Shown here in pieces: positions 54,961 through 64,000 of a stretch of 64,000 nucleotides of DNA; position 1 is the first letter of the stretch, and each line of letters starts with the position of its first letter. The notes beneath the pieces are model-generated. The model made no database searches and was not told the origin of the DNA. It worked only from the letters and a program-made list of their open reading frames with translations. The translations under genes and the position numbers were made by a program. The stretch is taken from contig NC_086110.1 of NCBI RefSeq assembly GCF_963921235.1, positions 13,392,001-13,456,000 on the forward strand, written 5' to 3'. The stretch is from Mobula hypostoma. Taxonomy: Eukaryota.

Positions 54961-56094
54961 GTATATGCGAAGGATGCGGCCTGAAAGTGCAGCGTTCCCT
55001 CAGGGTACTGGATTTTTGTGACTTTCGAGACGAGTGAATTCGAAGCCGGTGTCACTGCCTGATGTGCTGTGGGTGTACACGGAATATCGAAAGCAGCAAG
55101 CTGGCTGCTGATGTGTGCCCAGAGAGCCCAACCTCAGAAAAAAGCGAGACAACAGACTTTTAACACCATGAATCAGCGAGGTGTTCTGTTATGTGTCCCC
55201 TCTCGCTGTGAAACATGGACATCTCTTGTTCCTTTATTACGGAGCGAGAGGGCCTGTTGTATGTCGACAACCGGGTGAACGAGTAGTCTTTGGGGTACTA
55301 CACGTCTGCGTCTTTTTTGATTCTTTGATGCACGGTTGAGTGCAACATGGAGAATGCAGATGCTATTTTGCTGGTGTGGAAGGGGGCATCGTTGCTTTGC
55401 TACTGCTTATGCGTGGGAGAGATGAGCTGGGGGTTTCTTTGGGGTTCCGACATTTAACTGACACGCCTTATTTGGGATACTCCTCTGTTTTCATGTATGT
55501 TTGTGAAGAAAAAGAATTTCAGGATGTACATTGTATACATTTCTCTGACATTAAATGCACCTTTTAAAACATTTTGAAATTAAATTAAATTTAAAGGCAT
55601 CTCTCAGTCTTGCGAGACCATGGATCTGCGCCTGGAAAGTCTTTACACTCCAGGGCGCAGGCCTGGGCAAGGTTGTATGGAAGATAGGCAGTTGCCCATG
55701 CTGCAAGTCTCTCCTCTCCACGACACTGATGTTGTCCAAGTGAAGAGCATTTTAAAATAAAATATTTGTGTAGATACATTTGAAAAATTATAGATCTTTA
55801 ATTAAGTGAAAAGAATTTGAATTTAGTACCGTTTTGTTGTCATCATAATGAAATAAGATAAGTGAAGAGAAGGTGGCGATATTTAGACAACATTACAGCA
55901 GCGATAACGTTCACATTTGAAACAATGTAAATGGGAGAAACAAAGTAAGCTGGCATTTTTATTCGCGCTTTCAAGACTAAAAGTAATCGATTATTCGTTG
56001 GTCGGAGGCATTTCCGCCTAACGATAGGCTCAAGGGAGGTGTTAATGACACTTCAAAATTCATCACTTTCTCTCCTACATGCAACTACTTTTAA

Positions 56095-56514
56095 CCCTTA
56101 CAAACTGTTCATATTCTATAATTTCACAGAATGGGCTGGGTCAATTTTGACCTGGCTCAAGAATCTCATCATAACAAATGTCCACACCAAATTTTGAACC
56201 ACGGATCTACTTAGAATGTATAAATAGCCTGCCTGACATTAATAAATGGCTGATTTATCCTTAAATAATGTTTCAAAGATCTAAAATCCACTTCAATAGA
56301 TACTTGTCAAATTTGAGCCGGAACAACCTCAATGTACAAAAATTTGTAGCACCCGTACAAAAGTGTAATATTTTAAAATATTTTCATTTTTGCGCATTTT
56401 GGGTCACTTTAGGAAAAGTAATCAAATGTCAGCTAAAACAAATGGCATTTGGGGTGTTTTTACTGCTGCCAAATTTCAAAACGGGTCAAATTTGACCCGA
56501 ACTGTATGTAAGGG
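56095..56514. mobile_element. piggyBac-type MITE
   Basis: TTAA on both flanks (56091-94, 56515-18); 16-bp TIRs cccttacaaactgttc / cccttacatacagttc; no ORF. Confidence 0.85.
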
Positions 56515-57744
56515 TTAAAACAAACGAACAATATATTGTACCTATATTTAGGCATAGCTCTCGTTGCTAAAGTTTGCTTTGATTTTCAGCTTTTCGTCTT
56601 CTTTGAAACATGTGCATCTGCGTACGTTGCCATTTCCTGATTCTGACTAAATGCAGAGGCAGTTTTGATACTGAGAAGGTGCACAGCGACCGAGGCTAAC
56701 TTGTTAATCCCGTACCTTGTGATCTGTGAAAGTAAATCATAGTGACCTTTAGTTCATCATCCTGCGGCTGCAGAGGCGCCCGAGTCTGAAACAAAGTTGT
56801 CAGATGTGTATCTGCATATTATTGATTATCAGCGGCAGGATGTATGCGCAATGTTTGTCTTTTAAAATAAACTTTCTTTTTCTATTTTTCCATTCGGGCT
56901 GAAATCTCGTGCTGCGGTCCATCTCTCGCGCACAGAGCAATGCTCGTGCTCAGTTTAACATCCAATATTTCATATGAACGTTAATGCAATCTATTTAAGG
57001 GAGCGGCTGAATGCAAAGACCAAAGCAGCCTTTCTGCAACCGACGCATTGAGATGTTAATATTGGAAAGGATTATTTAAAGGCTCGCCGATTGTCCAATT
57101 GACTTGTTGTTTCTGTGTGCTGAAGATTCAGGCTGTGTAAATAATTGTAAGGTTCGATCGAAAAACTGCCACCTCATACCTGAAAGATTGAAAGGTGGAC
57201 CTATTTACCTGGGTCTCAGTGTCTTCTTGCTTTGAAGTAATTTCAGTAATTATGGGAATAACCTAAAGGCGAGGTACTCTTGCAACTTTCCAGACATTAT
57301 CTGGCCATAATTTTTTTTGTGCAGCTATTATAAAGTTGAGTAGATTTAGATATTCCTGGTTTCTCTCCTTTTTAAATTAAAACATAACTTAATTGAAATA
57401 TCAACCATTGTCTAACACAGATCCTGAACGTAAGGCAAAGATAATGTTGACTGTGCACGAGGCACAATGGGTGAACGGGTGAAGCCTGTTTTTATTTCCA
57501 GACATGTAGATTCGCAAGCTTTGTAATTAGTGAATTTCAAAAAATATCAGGGAAAATATTTATTTTCACAATGTCAGGTATTCTTAAAATCACAGATTGC
57601 TAGCAATATACAAATATCAGCAAAAATTCCCTCATTAAGGATCCACGGCCCACATTTTTGCACAGTCACTTCAGGCTGAGGAGCCATTTGTAGTCCGGCC
57701 AATTGTTGAAAGCAGATTCCAGAGGTAAGATAAAATGTTCATTG

Positions 57745-58521
57745 TGTCACGTACCCCGTGACCGGGTAAAAAACCAGCAGAAATGGAAAACGCTTTGGAG
57801 TCCAGTATTGGCATTAACTAATGGCATTTAATATTAACTACGCAATACAGTAATATAAAATCAGATATATATATTACAGGTTAGCAATGATTAGATATGT
57901 ATAAGCGTGTGTAAATATATGAAAACCAAACTTCTTCAAGTCTAGGGGTAAATAGATAGTCTCACTAAGATGAGTAAAGTTCAGTTCAGTTCGCGGTATT
58001 GAGTTGAGTAGTGATGGAGAGACAGAGGGAGAGATTTGAGTCTTCAGCTGAGCTGACGCCATCGATCTTCCCGTTGTCCTCCGAAATCCTTTCGACGTCA
58101 CCGACTGTGACCACAACAAAGAGGACCGTTCACCTGTCTTGGAATTATCAACCCAGGCAAGGGTTGTCACGACCTTGGGATGTCCCCACCGGTCACATCT
58201 TTTTCACACAGCGAGAGCCACTGATCGATCCTCCAAAACCCACCTTTTCGGTGGGCACAACAAAGCTCATTCTGTGTCCAACACCATGTGCCTGTAAGTC
58301 TAACAGCAGACCTGCTATTTATCTCCATGTGCTGAATACCAACTGTCCATCAAGCAGCTTCTGCCTTCGCTCTCTGTAAGTACTTGGAAGCTGCTAGTAT
58401 CGTTGGAACAGTGTAAACAAGATGCCAACAAACCATAACACCCATTTCAAAGCAGTCTTCGCCTCGCTGTCTCTTTCTTTCTCTATCTTTTAACAAGGTG
58501 TCTGTGTTGGACACCTCTCTC

Positions 58522-58563
<42 letters not shown>

Positions 58564-58602
58564 AGAGCACAGTGCATAGGGGTATTTCAGGACCCCGTCA
58601 CA
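57745..58602. mobile_element. Solo LTR
   Basis: TG...CA termini (tgtca/tcaca); 4-bp TSD attg/attg; internal (TC)n; no coding remnant. Confidence 0.75.
58513..58561. repeat. (TC)n microsatellite
   Basis: Direct reading. Confidence 0.9.
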
Positions 58603-59100
58603 ATTGTAAATATTTTGCAAATAAAAATGTAATGCAGCCAGAATGGCTTCTTTCCCTAAGCAAAGTTCTAAGATTCTATAGCATTAACATGTCATTTGCT
58701 TCGCTTACTGCGGTACTTCTGCTCCTAGTTCAACAAACTTAGAAACTAAAGAACCCGTTCCATCCCACCAAATAGGTTTGATTCTTACCTCCTATCAAAG
58801 AATTATGCCTACACTTAAAGGAAATGGGGCGGGGGGGCGGATCCATGAGCCTACGATGAAGATTTGTATCATGATGCAATTCGATTTTGTTACCCAAAGT
58901 AAGTTCGCCTGAAAATACTTTCTGAATGCGTGTAGCAGTACCCGTTATTCTAATATTGTGTTTTGTGTATTACATTCACCTTCATCTTTTGTGAATAATA
59001 TCCCCTCTCATCTAAGGTACTTTTCTCCAGTCTGATACATTGTGCTTTCAACTACTTCAGAGGTACTGGTTACAACATCTATCTTAAGCTATTTACTTAC

Positions 59101-59120
59101 CTTTTGCTCTGCACTAGATT
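59101..59120 (-). other. Candidate 20-nt micro-exon ((E)SSAEQK, phase 1-0)
   Basis: Acceptor gttatcttcag|, consensus donor AAG|gtaagt. Confidence 0.35.
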
Positions 59121-59504
59121 CTGAAGATAACTAAACGCCTCAGTACCATGGTTCCACCTCCAGCATAGTAAAACTGAAGGAATTTATTCATACATGAGTA
59201 GGTAGTGTGTGAATAGCCATATCGGGTACCTTGATGACAGTGAGAACCAATTCGGAATTGATTTACTTTGCTTTTGTTCGTGATAATGAAGCAATAACAC
59301 CGACCTAGCGTTTATGTCGGTGAAAAATAGTTCTTTCTCATTAACATGACTCCATAATAACGATTATTGAAAATGTTCTTTTGTTAACTTCAATTCATAT
59401 TCACAATATTATGAAAACCATCAATTTATTCATATAGTATGTGCACATAATGTGGCTCACAACAGGTTTCTATGGCTGCTGTTAATAATATTTTTTTTTA
59501 TATA

Positions 59505-59805
59505 GGCATCCGTTAGTCTCGTGAAACCACGGATTTGCGCCTTGGAAGGTCTCCAGGGCGCAGGTCTGACAAGGTTGTATGGAAGACCAGTAGTTGCCCA
59601 TGCTGCAAGTCTCTCCTCTGCACGTCTCCGATGTTGTCTAAGGGAAGGTCATCAGGACCCATACAGCTAGGCAACGGTGCCGTCGCAGAGCAATGTGTGG
59701 ATAAGTGCCTTGCTCAAGGACACAACAGGCTACCTCAGCCAGGGGTCAAACTAGCGACCTTCAGATCACTAGACGAACGCCTTAACCACTTGGCCACGCA
59801 CCAAC
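59505..59805 (-). mobile_element. tRNA-headed SINE with Meta-like core (3' fragment also at about 55590-55742)
   Basis: Minus-strand tRNA-like head (gtggccaagtggttaaggcg...gctagttt), core ttgtgtccttgagcaaggcact, shared 3' body. Confidence 0.65.
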
Positions 59806-60655
59806 GCTATATTGGGAGAAGTTTTGAAATAGAAATATCGTATCATTTAAATCAAAGTTAATTTTGTGATTTATTTTGTAAGACCCAACAGAAAGGTACT
59901 TGTTGCTTCCAATCAACAACTGCATTACAAATATAACCAATTTGTACGTGAATGCTTCTGTAGAATTCCATTACTCAACTTGTATGCTTTACAGTATTGT
60001 TCGTAGTATAGCTAATAGGACTAATAAATGCCTATGATAAGTAGGCAATCTTAATGTTAGCAGTGGGCCTGCAGTGGTGACAAGAAGCGCAGGTAGCTCA
60101 TCCGGGTCATCAGGTGGGCACCCTCCTACTTAGACGTTTCGTTCATAAACCTACGACGTCTCCGTAGGGCTCAACTTTGCTACCTGGCGTCCCAGATACA
60201 TCCCCCTCAGTTCCTTACCCTCCAATACTCTCCAAACCTTTCTCCAACCTTTTCCTGACCTTTCAATACTAGTTTTCTCTCCTCCTTCTTTCCTTCCTTC
60301 CAGTTCTGATGCAGAGTCGAGCCATGCAACCTCGACTGTTCACTTCTCTCCATAGATACGGCATGATCCAATTTAGAGAAGCCTCACTAAGGAAAACATA
60401 CCATTTAAAATGATCAAAATGGTTCGCAATTGTGGCTAAACCAAGTCATGTTGCCTTGCTGCAGCACGGCTTTCTTTTTAAAAAAAAGTTCCTTGCATCA
60501 AAAGTTAACATTCTGTGGCCTGTCTCTGGGGTCATATTCAGCTTTCAAATTCCATAACCCAAGATCTCGGTCACCAAGTTCGCCAGTTGTAGGTAAACCC
60601 CAGTATACTGTGTCTCTCCCCGCCCCATATTCTACTGCCACTTCACCTTTTAGTT

Positions 60656-63051
60656 CGCTGGGCAACAAAGTATTTGCATCCTGAATACTTTTGGCTTGTC
60701 TTATGGATTTTGTGCTGCTGATCATGAAAGTCACCATGAAGTTTCCCTAACACGTACAATTTCTAAATCGCCTATATTTGTGATTTCAACTTATAATTCA
60801 AGGCAATGAACATGCTGGGGTGAAAAGAACACTCGCAACACGCTGGAGGAACTCAGCAGGTCGGCAGCATCCGTGGCAATGATGAGTCGACGTTTCGGGC
60901 CTGAATCCTTCGTCAGGACTGTAGAGGGAAGGGGCAGAGGCCCTATAAAGAAGGTGGGGGGAGGGTGGGAAAGGGAAGGCTAGCAGGTTCCAGGTGAAAA
61001 ACGAGGAAGGGGAAAGATAAAGGGGTGGGGGAGGGGAAGCAGGCAGGTGATAGGCAGGAAAGGTGAAGAACGAATAGGGGAAAACACAATGCGTAGTAGA
61101 AGGAGACGGAACCATGAGGGAGGTGATAGGCAGCTGGGGGAGGGGGCAGAGTGAACTAGGGATAGGGGGAGGGAGAGGGAGGGAATTACCGGAAGTCGGA
61201 GAATTCTATGTTCATACCAAGGGGCTGGAGACTACCTAGATGGTATATGAGTTGTTGCTCCTCCAACCTGAGTTTAGCCTCATCATGGCAGTAGATGAGG
61301 CCATGTATGGACATAAGTGAATGGGAATGGGAAGCAGAGTTGAAGTCGGTGGCTACTGGGAGATCCTGCCGGTTCTGGCGGATGGAGCGGATGTGCTGGA
61401 CGAAGCGGTCCCCAAATCTGCGTCGTATTTCACCGATGTAGAGGAAGCCGCACCGGGAGCACCGGATGAAATAGATGAACCCAACAGACTCACAAGTCAA
61501 GTGTTGCCTCACCTGGAAGGACTGTTTGGGGCCCTGAATGGTGGCAAGAGAGGAGGTATAGGGACAGGGTGTAGCACTTACGCTTACAGGGATAAGTACC
61601 GGGATTTACAAAGATTATAAAAGCATCGTGCACACTCCGTTCCATTCGTTGCATTTAAGTGTTCGTCGGTCAGTCATCATGTTCCTGCGCATGCTCTGCG
61701 GGTATATTGCGTGTAGTCGTAACAATGATTTTTTTTTTTCAGCAGTATTTGTGAAAGCATGGTATCTCGCCAATGTTGCATCAACCGCGATACTTTCTGT
61801 TATACTTGTGGCTAGTATACGCTTAACTATCAACCACGGAGCATGACTCGTCTTGTTAAGAAAGCCTATGAGTTCTCCTTCGAGTGTAAGGTTGGCGAAC
61901 AACTCAATTCCTGGGATCTTCACATTTGTAACTCAACAGGCGTTAACGATCTGAGCATTTGGCTCAGAGATATTTGGAAGGCAATGGAATTCAAGGTTCC
62001 GATGATATGCCGAGAGCTAGTTCTGACTGACCAGTGTGTCTGGTTTCTCTGTTTTAAACAGGAAATTTACTGAACACTGCAATCTCCTTTCTTTATCGAG
62101 ACCTGTACCGAATGATGATAGCCCTGCAGTACTGAAGCCAACAGAGACATAAATTGTAGAGGAGGCAGAGGAAGAGGATAATGTGTAACAGGCAAGAATG
62201 GAAACGACACCGATACCTTATGTCGAGACATCACCACCGAACTCCTTATGTCGAGTGAGCCTCTTGTGATACTTAATCTGAGTTAAATGACTTGATCGGA
62301 AATTTCGGTTTGTCAAAGACAAAAGCAGAATTACTGGGTTCAAAACACCAAGGATGAAATTTGTTGTCTCCCGGTACAGATTTTTCCGTCGATGTTTTCG
62401 ATATTTGAGAGAGATTTTTCCCACATTAACTGATGCTAAAATAAAGGAAGGCATTTTCGATTAGTCTGATTATCAAACAAGTCATCAATGGCCGTCCATT
62501 CGAAGGACATCTCGTTGGACCGGAGAAAATCACGTGGAAGGCATTCAAGGATGTCGTTGAAAAATATATCAGCAAACTATCTGCAGCTGCTTGGCCACAT
62601 ACTTCAAGCATACAAAACCATGAAGTGCAGCATGTCCGTAAAAATTCAGTTTCTGCATTCCCATTTAGACGTCTTCCATGCATATCTTGGTGCTGATCGG
62701 AACAGACACAGTGGAAGGATTCACAAGGAGATTGCGGTCATGAAAAATGGTATCAATGTAACTGGAATACATCAATGCTGGAGGATTACTGTTTGAAACT
62801 GATGCAAGAAGCCTGAGGCATTGAATACAAAAGAAAATCTTCACAAAATATTTTAGTTTAGTTGAATTATTTCCATGCGTCATTTCCATTATACAATTAC
62901 GCGCTTTATATTCAATAAAAGTTTATGCCTTGTTTCTCCAATTTTTTACCTGATACAAATAATGTAAAGTTATCCCTGTATTCAACTTCAAGCAGGCTAT
63001 CTCATCCACATCTGAAGAAGCAACACTTTCGAAACACTTTGCTACCCGGTG
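60656..63051 (+). mobile_element. Chapaev3-type DNA transposon, same deletion derivative and insertion site as 26097-35754
   Basis: TIRs cgctgggcaacaaag / ctttgctacccggtg; TSD gtt/gtt; KKAYEF and KIQFLHSHLD motifs. Confidence 0.8.
60797..61612 (-). mobile_element. Penelope-like 3' fragment nested in Chapaev3
   Basis: ORF 61186-61512 is a GIY-YIG endonuclease (IYFIRCSRCGFLYIGEIRRR); terminal-repeat motif at about 60830. Confidence 0.85.
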
Positions 63052-64000
63052 GTTCCATCCATCCACGACACACATATTTTACACAAAGCATTCCCCTTCC
63101 CCATCTTGCCCTGGCTCTATCTGCCCTTCACCTCTCCTCTAATGGTCTAGATTCTAGAAGTGGTAGTCTTTGCCTTTCTGCCTATCACCCTCCAGAATCT
63201 GCACCTAGCCTGACCTCCCCAACCCTCTTTTCACCTCAGCTGCCTCAGCAGTTGAAAGTTCTTCCAAATGACATACTCATCTCGCGGATCATTTACAGCT
63301 GTGGGGATCAGGACCTGTTCGGATTATAGTAGAATAAAATACGGAATAAAATTCCGTATTAAAGGAATATTATGTGGCCTAATGGAGTAGATAACAAAAA
63401 AGACCCATAGTCCAAATTGCTGGACCATTGAATATGGAATGCACGGAAGCACGAAAGCAGATCAGGTTAGCATGTACAGGCAGATCAAATAATTCACACT
63501 TCAATTTACCTTTTTTCCTCAGAATTGTGTTTCTGGACTTCTAAATCCACATTCGTGAATTAGGAATCCAAGTATTTAAATTAACATCGAAAGAAATAAG
63601 TACATTTTTGCGTTTTCCTTTCCTATTGTATCTGCTAATTTAAAAGACCCGAGTTTTTTGTTCAATTCCGATGAAGTATCATATCCTCTCAAAATGGATA
63701 TATTTTCAGTTCCTCTATATAGTTCACTAAGTCGAATATTTTCATGCGAGTTTCTGCAAGTTTTCGATGTTAAAAAAAATGTTCAAAACAGAATTTTAAT
63801 ACGTCTGTCAGTTTACCAAGCATGCATTTGTACCTTGTGTTTATGGGAATTAACACGCTACCTGAGAATAGAATTGCACCCGCGAGTCTGCTGGTGATAT
63901 CATGGAGAATCTGTGGTCAAAGATTGTTCCTTTCTGAAAACTGTATGTAGCAGACACCTCGTGTTATCGCACTTGACGATTAAGAGTAGGTCAATAAGTG

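Larger units (their letters stand above)
60210..64000. repeat. Inverted segmental duplication, arm B (runs off the window end)
   Basis: Reverse-complement match to arm A as above. Confidence 0.85.

Noticed and set aside
1-64000. rRNA, bona fide tRNA genes or CRISPR arrays
   Set aside because: None seen; tRNA-like sequences occur only as SINE heads

Overview
Vertebrate genomic DNA, most likely from a cartilaginous fish (ray/skate-like). That assignment is inferred from the repeat landscape and not verified. Most of the window is transposon-derived: CR1, Rex1/Babar, Penelope, a Gypsy chromovirus, Chapaev3, Tc1/mariner, a piggyBac-type MITE and SINEs. The one well-supported host gene is on the minus strand (about 12433 down to about 4583). 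It encodes an Ig-superfamily receptor: leader, germline-joined VJ-type V domain, C1-set domain, uncharged TM segment and a Tyr-rich cytoplasmic tail. It resembles a non-rearranging antigen-receptor chain (NCR3/SIRP/'VJ-C1'-like). Other main structures: (1) an old inverted segmental duplication (about 18320-36230 vs 60210-64000) marked by a shared Chapaev3 insertion; (2) a three-level nest, Chapaev3 < Gypsy < CR1; (3) two near-identical young CR1 copies with open ORF2; (4) a tandem duplication at about 40.3-51.8 kb; (5) low-confidence micro-exons that may be cytoplasmic exons of further receptor paralogues. All alignments were read by eye. Repeat boundaries are approximate unless a TSD is given.
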